Positions 28,423-37,889 of a stretch of 64,000 bases of DNA are shown one piece after another. A program made the position numbers and the translations under genes. This DNA is from Candidatus Woesearchaeota archaeon (lineage in GTDB: Archaea > Nanobdellota > Nanobdellia > Tiddalikarchaeales > Tiddalikarchaeaceae), in the NCBI GenBank assembly GCA_964457955.1, contig CAYWEY010000005.1:923-64922 (forward strand). The letters run 5' to 3'. The notes under the pieces were generated by a model. It searched no databases, was not told the origin of the DNA, and saw nothing but the letters and a program-made list of their open reading frames with translations. The stretch's first letter is position 1; every line of letters starts with the position of its first letter.

Positions 28423-28733
28423 TATTTGATTTCCTTAATGTTATGGTTGAATACACTGTCTCTTTCTTATTACTTGTCGTGCTCGTCTCGCTTACTTTTA
28501 TTCTTGCAAAAGAGAGAAGAAAATTGTACAGGTGTTTCTGGGGAGCATTCATATTAGTTTTTTTCTTATTATTCATCCAATCATTAATAAACATGTTTAC
28601 TTTTTTCTTGACTTCTGACGTAAAAGACAGTGTTAACGCAGTTACTAAAATGGGAGATTTTTTATTAGTTACTGCTAGCATAGTATTATTGTTTTTTAGT
28701 TTGACATGTCATCGTTTAAAGAAGTATTTTTAA
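28419..28733 (+). CDS. Small membrane protein (104 aa)
   Basis: Hydrophobic helices; ATGA overlap with preceding small gene. Confidence 0.3.
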   Translation: MIFDFLNVMVEYTVSFLLLVVLVSLTFILAKERRKLYRCFWGAFILVFFLLFIQSLINMFTFFLTSDVKDSVNAVTKMGDFLLVTASIVLLFFSLTCHRLKKYF

Positions 28734-29205
28734 AAAAGAAATAAGTCCAGATACAAGGATAAATCAGTAAAAATAGGGAATAAGGAATAAGACTGAAACA
28801 GAGTATTAAAGAAACTAATACTATTAGTCTTGACCAGACATTATTAATTATTATGGTTTTATAAACTCCTGGTTCAATATTTTTTGTTTTCGCATCCTTA
28901 ATCCATTCACTTACAGAATAATACTTTCCTTTTCCTACACCCGGACAATTGTCTGAAAGAATAACACTTTTTTTATTAACTTTAATAACAGGATAAAGAT
29001 TACAATATAATGGTTTATTATCGTAAATAATGCATTCATGATTCTTGTTTAGGAAAACACAGTTTTTTTTATTCTTATCATAATATATATTATTCTTATC
29101 TGCCCAGCACTTCACATAATATTTTATGAATAAATCTGTGCAGCACTTTTTGCATTCTTTTCCCAAACATTTGAACCTGAATCCGCTTTTTCTGGGAATA
29201 AGCAT
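28696..29205 (-). CDS. YkgJ-family (CxxCxxCC) putative Fe/Zn-chelating domain protein with C-terminal TM
   Basis: 'FKCLGKECKKCCTD' = CxxCxxCC signature near N-terminus. Confidence 0.55.
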   Translation of the reverse strand: MLIPRKSGFRFKCLGKECKKCCTDLFIKYYVKCWADKNNIYYDKNKKNCVFLNKNHECIIYDNKPLYCNLYPVIKVNKKSVILSDNCPGVGKGKYYSVSEWIKDAKTKNIEPGVYKTIIINNVWSRLIVLVSLILCFSLIPYSLFLLIYPCIWTYFFFKNTSLNDDMSN

Positions 29206-29244
29206 AAATTTTTATAAATAACCCTGTATTTATAAAACAATGTT

Positions 29245-29439
29245 ATGTTAAGATTTATTTTTCCAAAAGTTGAAAGAGCGGTTGGTTTTTTTCTCATTAT
29301 TTTCGGACTGTTCTGCAGTATAACAATAATAGGAACATTTATAGGAATACCTTTAATAATTGCAGGATCAGTTATGCTGGGAAAATCAGCGCTTAAAATA
29401 GAATCAGGCAAAATAACTGGTTTTTTCAAGAAAAAATAG
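29245..29439 (+). CDS. Small membrane protein (64 aa)
   Basis: Two hydrophobic helices. Confidence 0.3.
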   Translation: MLRFIFPKVERAVGFFLIIFGLFCSITIIGTFIGIPLIIAGSVMLGKSALKIESGKITGFFKKK

Positions 29440-29475
29440 AACTATTTAAAAAGAATAAGGATTTAATTTTTTTTA

Positions 29476-30996
29476 ATGAATAAGATAGAAAGAACTATTC
29501 ATTCACTGCATGAGTATGAGAGGAAAGTGCTTTCAGAATTAAAAGAATCACTGACAGTAAGTGAATTATCTGAACGAACTGGATTGAAAAAAGTTGAAGT
29601 AATGAGGGGTGTTCAGTGGTTAAAGAATAAGAAGATAATTATAATTAAAAAAGAAAAATACAAGGATATAATTCTGACCAGGATGGGAAGAAAAACATTA
29701 AAGAAAGGGCTTCCCGAAATTCGTTTTCTTAAAGTTTTAAAAAAAGAAGGAATAACTGGTTTTAAAACGATTAAGAAAAAAGCAGGGCTTAATAATCAGG
29801 AATTCAATAAGAGCATGGGATTATGCCGTAAGAATGATTTAGTAAAAATATTGGCTGATAAGTGCGAGATAACAAAAGAAGGAGTCAATTATTTGAAGAA
29901 AGAAAAAGAGAAAGAAAAGATTCTGAGAAAACTTTCAGAACAGGAGACAATAACTGAAAAATATTTAAATAAGAATGAAAAAATATTCAAAAAACTTGAC
30001 AAGAGAGGACTGATAAGTATTGATGAGAAAACATCAAGAACTGTTTCAACAACAAAGTTCGGACTTAAAATCTTAAAAAAAGGAATCGATTCAGACATGG
30101 AATACATTGAGCAAGTTACTCCTAAAATGATTGAAAAAGAGTCCTGGAAGAATAAGATTTTCAGAATGTATACTCTTAGTCAGGACGTTCCACCTAATTA
30201 TTATGGAAAGAAACAGCCTTACAGATTATTTATTGAAAAAATGAAGAATAAACTAGTTAGTCTAGGTTTTAAAGAAATGACTGGTCCAGTAGTTGAAACA
30301 AGCTTTTACAACTGTGATATTCTTTACATGCCACAGGATCATCCTGCAAGAGGAGTTCATGATATATTCTACATAAAAGAACCCCAGTACGCTGATTTAG
30401 ATAAGAAAATAGTTAAAAAGGTTAAGAAGACGCATGAAGACGGCGGAAAGACTGGAAGCACTGGATGGAGGATTCCTTTCAGTAAGAAAGCATCCGGGAG
30501 GAGAATACTCCGCTCTCAGACAACAGCAGTAAGCGCGCACATGCTAATGAATGAAGAACTCGAGATTCCGGGCAGATACTTTACAATAGACAGAAATTAT
30601 CGTCCGGATGTTATTGACAGAACGCATCTGCCTGAATTCAATCAACTGGAAGGTATTGTTGTAGGAGAAGGACTGAATCTTAAGAGTCTTTTCGGACTAT
30701 TAAGATTATTTGCTGAAGAAATAGCAGGAGTTAAGGAGTACAAAATAGTTCCAGGATACTTCCCTTTCACTGAACCAAGTGCTGAAATACATATTAAGAC
30801 AGAGCACGGATGGGTTGAGATGGGGGGTTCAGGCATATTCCGTCCCGAAGTCACTAAACCATTAGGTATTGATGTGCCAGTAATAGCATGGGGGTTAGGT
30901 TTTGACAGAATGTTCATGAGCAGTCATAATATTAAGGATATAAGAAAATTATTCAGTCATGATATTAACTGGATGAGAAAGGAGAAGGTGATATAA
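29476..30996 (+). CDS. pheS: Phenylalanyl-tRNA synthetase alpha subunit, archaeal type
   Basis: N-terminal winged-helix region. 'MPQDHPARGVHDIFYI' and 'GLGFDRMFM' class II motifs. Confidence 0.9.
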   Translation: MNKIERTIHSLHEYERKVLSELKESLTVSELSERTGLKKVEVMRGVQWLKNKKIIIIKKEKYKDIILTRMGRKTLKKGLPEIRFLKVLKKEGITGFKTIKKKAGLNNQEFNKSMGLCRKNDLVKILADKCEITKEGVNYLKKEKEKEKILRKLSEQETITEKYLNKNEKIFKKLDKRGLISIDEKTSRTVSTTKFGLKILKKGIDSDMEYIEQVTPKMIEKESWKNKIFRMYTLSQDVPPNYYGKKQPYRLFIEKMKNKLVSLGFKEMTGPVVETSFYNCDILYMPQDHPARGVHDIFYIKEPQYADLDKKIVKKVKKTHEDGGKTGSTGWRIPFSKKASGRRILRSQTTAVSAHMLMNEELEIPGRYFTIDRNYRPDVIDRTHLPEFNQLEGIVVGEGLNLKSLFGLLRLFAEEIAGVKEYKIVPGYFPFTEPSAEIHIKTEHGWVEMGGSGIFRPEVTKPLGIDVPVIAWGLGFDRMFMSSHNIKDIRKLFSHDINWMRKEKVI

Positions 30997-30997
30997 T

Positions 30998-32635
30998 ATG
31001 CCTACTATAGAAGTAAGGTATGATGATTTGAAAAAACTTGTCGGAAAAAAACTTCCGAAAAAGTTTGAAGAATTATGGGACATAGTTCAGTACTGCAAGA
31101 CAGAAATAGATGGAATGAAAGACGGAGTGTTAAAACTTGATGTGGGCGACACTAACCGGCCTGACTTGTGGTGTGCTGAAGGGATAGGAAGGGAATTAAG
31201 AGGAGCGTTGAACATAGAGAAGGGTGTTCCGAATTATAGTGCAAAAAAATCTGATAAAGAAGTAATAGTTGACAAGAGTGTTGAGAAGATAAGGCCTTTT
31301 ATTGCAACAGCAATAGTTAAGAATATTGATTTTGATAAATACTTAATAAAACAGATAGTTCAGTTTCAGGAAAAACTTAACACTACTTACGGCAGGAACA
31401 GGAAGAAAAGTGCTATAGGAATATATGATTATGATAAGATAGTGTTCCCTGTTCATTACAGGACAATAAGTCCTAACGGAATAAAGTTCATACCACTGGA
31501 TTATAATAAAGAAATGACTCCAGAGCAGATTCTTGAAGAGCATCCTAAAGGAAAAGAGTTTTCGAAAATATTTGAGGATTTCAAGAATTACCCATTACTT
31601 ATTGATGCTCATGATACAGTATTATCCCTCCCACCCATAATTAATTCTGTGTGTGTGGGAAGAATTACTCCAAGCACAAAAAATGTTTTCATAGATGTTA
31701 CTGGAACCCATCATGATACTGTAGTGAACACACTTAATATTGTTACTGCAAGCCTGATTGACAGGGGGGGAAGAGTTGAGGAAGTAATAATAAAATATGA
31801 CAAGAAAAATGAAACAACTCCTGATTATTCAAGCACGGAATGGAAGATACATTACTCAAATATTAAAGAATTATTAGGACTGGACTTGTCAAAAACAGAA
31901 GTAAAACAATTGCTCAGGAAAGCAAGATATACTCCTAAAAAATCCACAAAAAATACACTAAGAGTCAAGGTTCCTTTCTACCGCACTGATATTATGCACG
32001 AGTTTGACATAATCGAGGATATTGGAATAATGTATGGTTATAATAATATAGAGTCAGAACTTATTAAGAAGAGGACTATAGGAGGATTAAGTGATAATAC
32101 AAAATACGTTGACTTACTCAGGGAACAAGTGCTTGGGATTGGTTTTCAGGAAATAATGACTTATACAAGGGTTGATAAAGAAGTATTGTTCAACAAAGAC
32201 TGTATTGAGATAGCGAATCCAATAAGTAATAGGATGAATATGCTGCGCAACGAATTGCTTCCCGTATGTATTGATTTCTTGTCAAAAAACACTCATAATG
32301 ATTATCCTCAGAAAATATTCGAGCAGGGAAGAGTATTCATTAAAGAAAAGAAGAAAGTTATTGAGGATGAGAGAATATGCCTTGTCTCCTGCCACTCGAA
32401 AGCTAATTTTACGGAAATAAATCAGTGCCTTAACTGGCTCTCCCAATGCTTTGATTTCAATTACTCATTGAAAGATTATGAAAACAATGCATTCATTAAA
32501 GGCAGGAGTGCAACAGTGAAGATCGGCAGGAAGAATGCTGGAGTCATGGGAGAAGTTCATCCGAGAGTTCTGAAACAGAGAGGAATCAAGAATCCTATTG
32601 CATTCATAGAATTAAGCATAAATAAGATGAAATAA
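30998..32635 (+). CDS. pheT: Phenylalanyl-tRNA synthetase beta subunit, archaeal type
   Basis: Starts 'MPTIEVRYDDLKKLVGK' (typical archaeal PheT N-terminus); begins 2 nt after pheS stop. Confidence 0.9.
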   Translation: MPTIEVRYDDLKKLVGKKLPKKFEELWDIVQYCKTEIDGMKDGVLKLDVGDTNRPDLWCAEGIGRELRGALNIEKGVPNYSAKKSDKEVIVDKSVEKIRPFIATAIVKNIDFDKYLIKQIVQFQEKLNTTYGRNRKKSAIGIYDYDKIVFPVHYRTISPNGIKFIPLDYNKEMTPEQILEEHPKGKEFSKIFEDFKNYPLLIDAHDTVLSLPPIINSVCVGRITPSTKNVFIDVTGTHHDTVVNTLNIVTASLIDRGGRVEEVIIKYDKKNETTPDYSSTEWKIHYSNIKELLGLDLSKTEVKQLLRKARYTPKKSTKNTLRVKVPFYRTDIMHEFDIIEDIGIMYGYNNIESELIKKRTIGGLSDNTKYVDLLREQVLGIGFQEIMTYTRVDKEVLFNKDCIEIANPISNRMNMLRNELLPVCIDFLSKNTHNDYPQKIFEQGRVFIKEKKKVIEDERICLVSCHSKANFTEINQCLNWLSQCFDFNYSLKDYENNAFIKGRSATVKIGRKNAGVMGEVHPRVLKQRGIKNPIAFIELSINKMK

Positions 32636-32642
32636 ATTTTTT

Positions 32643-33287
32643 TTACTGCATTCCTGGCGGAGGAGGAGGCGTCGGGCTTTTTCTTCTAGTGCTGGTTGTT
32701 GACATTCCTCCAGTGCTTTCAGCATACCATGTCCCCATTATCTTGCTTTGTGCTAAAAGACTTAGTCCTGTACCAACAACAGGAACAGCTCCTAATAAAG
32801 AATAAACAAAATTAAATAATAACAACATTATATAATTTTTTAAATCTTTTTTAATCATTCTAAAAGCTTTACCAAAACTAAACAATGCGCTTAAATTTCT
32901 TTCAACAGCATAATTAATCACTAAAGGAGGTAAAACTATCATATAAACTATTATGCCAATAAAACCAAGTATTCCTGAAAAGAAAGATAATAATCCACGT
33001 ATTAATGGAAAAAATGATATTAAGTTAAGGAGTATGACTGGAAGCATAAGGATTATCATAAAAACAACCATTTTCAATCCCTCAATTATTTTGCCACCTA
33101 AATTATTGAACATACTAGGCATTTCTTCTTGCCCTTCAGCACTGTTTTTAATTAAGTTCAAATAATGTCCTGCTACTGCAAAATTTACTACAGGAATTAT
33201 TCCTGCGATAAGAATTAAAACCGATTCTTTTATTGAATTTCCAAAATCTCTTGAGATATATTCCCATCCTGTTTTGAAATCAACCAT
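32643..33287 (-). CDS. Uncharacterised membrane protein (paralog A) with Pro-rich C-terminal tail
   Basis: 'MVDFKTGWEYISRDF...GTWYAEST'; tail 'RRKSPTPPPPPGMQ'. Shares N- and C-terminal motifs with adjacent gene. Confidence 0.45.
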   Translation of the reverse strand: MVDFKTGWEYISRDFGNSIKESVLILIAGIIPVVNFAVAGHYLNLIKNSAEGQEEMPSMFNNLGGKIIEGLKMVVFMIILMLPVILLNLISFFPLIRGLLSFFSGILGFIGIIVYMIVLPPLVINYAVERNLSALFSFGKAFRMIKKDLKNYIMLLLFNFVYSLLGAVPVVGTGLSLLAQSKIMGTWYAESTGGMSTTSTRRKSPTPPPPPGMQ

Positions 33288-33322
33288 GCTAAATAATAGA
33301 GTTATTAATATTTTATAAATCT

Positions 33323-33961
33323 TTATTTTGTCTCAGCATACCATGTTCCGATTATTTTATTGCGTACGAGAATACTGATTCCTGTGAAGAACATGACTGA
33401 AACCAGTCCTATTATTGTTGAGGAAATAATCGTCATACAAATACTGATCCCCCACCCATAAACTATTATTATGATGATTGCAAAAATATAATCCCAGAAG
33501 TTTTTAGTCATGATTTTCCACGCTTTCTTATAATTAAAAAAAGCACTGAACTCTCTTTTTTCAACATAACGGCATTTAAGAATTGGAATAATTAAGTTCA
33601 TTAAGACTATTAGAATAAATATTAGTGGAATAAAAATGAATAATGACAAAAATATTAAATCACTATTATAAAAAACTCCGATGAAAGGAAAGAATAAGAT
33701 TACAACAAATAATAGTAATATAATAAGCAGGAAAAGAAAATACTTGACTCCTTCGCTGAAGTATTTGCCGAATTCTTCAAAAATTCCGGGAATCTTTTTC
33801 TTCTTCTTAATAGCGTATTCAAGAATTTCAAGCTCCCATCCGAGAATAGCGAGCCAACCAATAATTGGGATTAATAATGAGACGAAAGCAAGAAATGACT
33901 GCTTAAGAGTGTTCTTGAAGTCTCTAGTAATATAATTCCACGGTGTTTCGAACTTAACCAT
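33323..33961 (-). CDS. Uncharacterised membrane protein (paralog B)
   Basis: 'MVKFETPWNYITRDF...GTWYAETK'; tandem paralog of 32643..33287. Confidence 0.45.
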   Translation of the reverse strand: MVKFETPWNYITRDFKNTLKQSFLAFVSLLIPIIGWLAILGWELEILEYAIKKKKKIPGIFEEFGKYFSEGVKYFLFLLIILLLFVVILFFPFIGVFYNSDLIFLSLFIFIPLIFILIVLMNLIIPILKCRYVEKREFSAFFNYKKAWKIMTKNFWDYIFAIIIIIVYGWGISICMTIISSTIIGLVSVMFFTGISILVRNKIIGTWYAETK

Positions 33962-33998
33962 TAAACTAATAAAAAAGAGACGATTTTATTTAAACATT

Positions 33999-34367
33999 AT
34001 GGGAAGATATTACAAAGGAGCTTGTTATGAAAGAGAATTAGTCAAACTTCTTGTAAGCAAAGGATTCGCTGCAGTACGTGTTGCTGGAAGCGGAAGAGCA
34101 CGGATGGAGCAGCCGGATATTATAGCCAGCAACTGCAAAAATCTTTATGGAATAGAATCCAAATTCTCATCCACAAATTATAAGACAATAAAAAAGAAAG
34201 AAGTGAATAGTCTTTACAAATTCTGCAAAAATTTCGGGTGCAGAGCATTCCTCGCATTCAGGTTCAGAAGAACACCATGGAAATTTATGGAAATAAAAGA
34301 AGAAGTAAGTGATAATGTAAGTGTGAAAAAAGATGATGATTTATTAACTATCCGCGGAATAATTTAA
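33999..34367 (+). CDS. hjc: Holliday junction resolvase Hjc
   Basis: 'KGACYERELVKLLVSKGFAAVRVAGSG...PDIIASN...IESKF' matches the Hjc catalytic motif order (E, D, E-x-K). Confidence 0.8.
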   Translation: MGRYYKGACYERELVKLLVSKGFAAVRVAGSGRARMEQPDIIASNCKNLYGIESKFSSTNYKTIKKKEVNSLYKFCKNFGCRAFLAFRFRRTPWKFMEIKEEVSDNVSVKKDDDLLTIRGII

Positions 34368-35199
34368 TCTTCTTCAATATTTGTTTTTCATAAGATTCTC
34401 TTCCTTCTCCAAGAATGTTTCTTAAATCAAAACTATCCTTATTAGTTCTCATCAAACCATGCTTTTTCATATATTGATGAACTGCTTGAGCAAAACTCCA
34501 TCTGAGTTCAGAATCAATATTAATTTTTCTTATACCCTTCTTTATCGCTATCCTGATTTCATTATCAGGGAGTCCGCTCGCGCCGTGAAGAACAAGAGGA
34601 ATATCAACAACATTGTTTATTTTCTCCAACCTCTCAAAATCAATAACTGGTTCTCCTTTGTAAAAACCATGACCTGTTCCAATACTCACAGCTAAACTAT
34701 GGCATCCCGTTCTTTCAACGAATTCTTCCGCTTTCTCAGGTTTTGTCATACTCTTCTCTCTCTCACTTACATTAATTTCGTCCTCAGTTCCTACCAATCG
34801 TCCAAGTTCTGCTTCAACACTAATATTTTTCTTATAAGCCATTTTCACGATTTTTTTAGTGTTCTTAACATTCTTTTCAAAAGGGAGTTTGGAGCCGTCA
34901 TACATTACGCTTGTGAAACCCTCTTTCTTAATGCATTTCTTGGCATACTCCATGTTGCCGTGGTCGAGATGGAGTATTATTCTTGCTTTTTTTGGAATAC
35001 TTCTGCTTAAGTTAATAATATTATCAAGACCCATATATTTTATAGTAGTCATGCTGCATCCCATGAAGACGTATTCTCTTTTCTTGATACTGGCATTAAT
35101 GAGTGCCTGGAAAGTCTCCAAATTCATAATATTAAAATGTCCTATAGCATACTTGTTTTTTTCAGCACTCTCATAAGGTTCAGAACTATTAATTAACAT
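34348..35199 (-). CDS. fba: Class II fructose/ketose-bisphosphate aldolase
   Basis: 'KYAIGHFNIMNLETFQALI', 'HLDHG', 'VMYDGS', and 'LVLHGASG' blocks characteristic of class II FBA. Confidence 0.8.
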   Translation of the reverse strand: MLINSSEPYESAEKNKYAIGHFNIMNLETFQALINASIKKREYVFMGCSMTTIKYMGLDNIINLSRSIPKKARIILHLDHGNMEYAKKCIKKEGFTSVMYDGSKLPFEKNVKNTKKIVKMAYKKNISVEAELGRLVGTEDEINVSEREKSMTKPEKAEEFVERTGCHSLAVSIGTGHGFYKGEPVIDFERLEKINNVVDIPLVLHGASGLPDNEIRIAIKKGIRKINIDSELRWSFAQAVHQYMKKHGLMRTNKDSFDLRNILGEGRESYEKQILKKIKLFRG

Positions 35200-35265
35200 A
35201 TTTAATATAGTAAGCGAATAGTTATTAAAAAATTTTATAATAATCCATCAATTAATTATTAATTT

Positions 35266-35892
35266 GTGAAACCATTAATAGTCATAAATTTTAAGAATTA
35301 CGAGCAAGGGTATGGGATAAAGGGATATAAGATTGGAGAAATCGTGGAAACATATGATAATATAATAGTATGCGTACCTGATTCTATGATAAGCGTGATG
35401 GAAGGTCCTGTTGTTTACGCCCAGCACGTCGACCCTGTTAGTCCTGGAGCACATACAGGAAGCACGACTGCTGAAGAGATTAAAGAAGTTGGTGCAGAAG
35501 GAAGTCTCGTGAATCACAGTGAGAAAAGAATCCCTTTCAAAGATATTAAGACAGTTGTGGAAAAACTAAAAAAACATAATCTTAAAAGTATTGTGTGCTG
35601 CCAGGACAAGGATGAAGCATCAAGAATTAAGAGATTAGAACCAGATTATATTGCTTACGAACCTCCAAAACTTATAGGTGGAAAGATTAGTGTTTCTGAA
35701 GCAAAACCTGAAATGATTAAGGAAATAGTAAATATAGTAAAGCCTGTTAAATTATTAGTTGGGGCAGGTGTGAAGACAAGGAAAGATGTTAAGAAAAGCA
35801 TGGAATTAGGCGCAGTAGGAGTATTAATTGCTAGTGGAGTATTGAAATCGGATAATCCTAAAGAAAAAATAAAGGAGTTGGCTGAATGGTGA
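35266..35892 (+). CDS. tpiA: Triosephosphate isomerase, archaeal short form
   Basis: 'LIVINFKNY' N-terminus, 'IAYEPP' and 'LLVGAGV' blocks; ~208 aa typical of archaeal TIM. Confidence 0.8.
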   Translation: MKPLIVINFKNYEQGYGIKGYKIGEIVETYDNIIVCVPDSMISVMEGPVVYAQHVDPVSPGAHTGSTTAEEIKEVGAEGSLVNHSEKRIPFKDIKTVVEKLKKHNLKSIVCCQDKDEASRIKRLEPDYIAYEPPKLIGGKISVSEAKPEMIKEIVNIVKPVKLLVGAGVKTRKDVKKSMELGAVGVLIASGVLKSDNPKEKIKELAEW

Positions 35893-37751
35893 ATATTGTT
35901 AAAGTAAATGTTGAGAATAAGAATATAAATGAAGAAGATTCTGATAGGTTCGGAACACTTGATTATAGTATAAGTCATCATATGGAGGAAGAAACGTATG
36001 AGAAAGATGTCTTCAGCCCGGAGAATAGTGTATGCATAAGCAGCGGGCCTCTTGCAGGCTCAAGAATTCCCGGAATGTACAGATTAATAATAAGTGGAAG
36101 GAGTCCTCTAACACATACTTTCTTTTTCACAACTCTTGGCGGAGGAAGCATGGAGTTTTATCCAACATCAATTGATACTCTTGTAATAAAAGGGAAGTCA
36201 AAAAAACCATTAATATTATTAGTAAAGTATGAGGACGATGAGTTAAAAATAGAGTTCAAGAATATAAGCAGGAAAGAATTGTTCAAACTGTATGAAAAGA
36301 AAGGAGTTTATTCATTGCAGAAATACTTGATTAAGAATTACTCAAAATTCTATAAAGAATTAAGATATCGTGCAATAGTTGTTGGTCCTGCAGCATTTAA
36401 TACAAATATGGGGGCAATAAATAGTGTTGTCATAAGGAATAATAAGATTGATCATGGAAGCGAAGGATGGGGAGGAAGAGGAGGATTCGGTTCATTACTG
36501 GCACAAGCTCATAATGTTTGTGCAGTAATGTTCGGAGGAGATTATGATGATAGAGAATTCGAAGAAAACATTAGGGATTTGAAAGTAAGGAATGGCTTGT
36601 TCAAAGACTTGACAGGAAAAGAGATGACTCCTAGAATAGTTGAGAAAACCAAAAAATATAGGGAGAAGGGAACTTTTGGAGGAAATAATGAAACTCTTGT
36701 TGATGATATTCCAATGTTTAACTGGCAGAATATATATTTAGATAAAGAGGAGAGAGTAAGTATTCATAAAAAATTTGTAAAAGAGCATTATCTTAAGCAG
36801 TTCAAAAAAGAAATACTTGAACATAAGAGGTTCAAGACTTGCGGAGAGAATTGTCCTGCAGTATGCAAGAAAGTTTATAATAATAGGAATAAGGATTATG
36901 AAACATATAATAGTTGCGGACCGAACAGCGGAGTATTTGACCAGAGAGCAGCCGAATTACTGGCGGGAACAGTTGATGATATGGGATTTGATAGCATAGA
37001 ATTCGGAAACATAATAAGCACTGTTTTTGAAGGAATACAGAAAGGAGTTCTGAAACCAAAAACTTTCAAGATAGAGAAAGAACCGAGATTTGATATTGAA
37101 AGTTTTAAATTAAAGGATTCAATGCATAATGCAAAAATTGGTGCAGAGATTATTAAAAAAACTGCTTTCGGAAAAATACCATTTCTTAATAAAGGAATAA
37201 GGAATTTCAGTAAAAAGAAGAACTTGGATTTTGCAGCATATTTTAGTTTCGGAGAAGAAGGATGCATCAGCCCAAACCAGTACTGGCTTCCAGGATTCCT
37301 AGTCCCTCTTCCTATTCAGGGAAAATTCTGCACTTATTACCAGAAACCATTCCATGCTCCTGAAGAAATGGGAGAGTTAAGCACTGAAAGACTTATCAAA
37401 GAATTATATAATGAGAATACAGGAATATGCCGTTTTCACCGCAAATGGTGCGAGGAAATACTGAATGAATTAATTAAAGAATTATTAGGAGAAGATATTG
37501 ACTATTACGAACATATTAAGAATCTTGTTAAGAAAATAAAAGAATATAATGAATTAGCTAATAATTCTCCTGTTTACTGGGAGACTAAGAGGACAAAAGA
37601 TATTGTTCACACACACTTACTGGCAAGCATTGAGGATGTAGGGGAGAGCAACCTAGCAGTTAAGTGGAAAGAAAAATATGAAAAAAGTTTTGAAAAAGCA
37701 AGCAGGGAGTACTGGAGTAAATTATTAAAAGGTGTGGAGAACATATTATAA
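35886..37751 (+). CDS. gor: Aldehyde:ferredoxin oxidoreductase family, GAPOR-like (glyceraldehyde-3-phosphate:ferredoxin oxidoreductase)
   Basis: N-terminus 'FGTLDYSISHHMEEETYE...SSGPLAGSRIPGMYRLIISGRSPLTHTFFFTTLGGG...IDTLVIKGKSKKPLILLV' follows the GAPOR/AOR N-domain pattern. Cys cluster 'CGENCPAVC'. Located immediately after fba/tpiA. Confidence 0.7.
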   Translation: MVNIVKVNVENKNINEEDSDRFGTLDYSISHHMEEETYEKDVFSPENSVCISSGPLAGSRIPGMYRLIISGRSPLTHTFFFTTLGGGSMEFYPTSIDTLVIKGKSKKPLILLVKYEDDELKIEFKNISRKELFKLYEKKGVYSLQKYLIKNYSKFYKELRYRAIVVGPAAFNTNMGAINSVVIRNNKIDHGSEGWGGRGGFGSLLAQAHNVCAVMFGGDYDDREFEENIRDLKVRNGLFKDLTGKEMTPRIVEKTKKYREKGTFGGNNETLVDDIPMFNWQNIYLDKEERVSIHKKFVKEHYLKQFKKEILEHKRFKTCGENCPAVCKKVYNNRNKDYETYNSCGPNSGVFDQRAAELLAGTVDDMGFDSIEFGNIISTVFEGIQKGVLKPKTFKIEKEPRFDIESFKLKDSMHNAKIGAEIIKKTAFGKIPFLNKGIRNFSKKKNLDFAAYFSFGEEGCISPNQYWLPGFLVPLPIQGKFCTYYQKPFHAPEEMGELSTERLIKELYNENTGICRFHRKWCEEILNELIKELLGEDIDYYEHIKNLVKKIKEYNELANNSPVYWETKRTKDIVHTHLLASIEDVGESNLAVKWKEKYEKSFEKASREYWSKLLKGVENIL

Positions 37752-37889
37752 TCAATTGTTTCCAATTTTTTTCTCAATCAACTAGAGATATAATATAACA
37801 CGCTGATAAAATATAAATCTTGTTTTTTTTCATTACTACTAGAAGGGTTTAACAAATCTTTTTTATAAATAAATAAAATCTATTAAATT

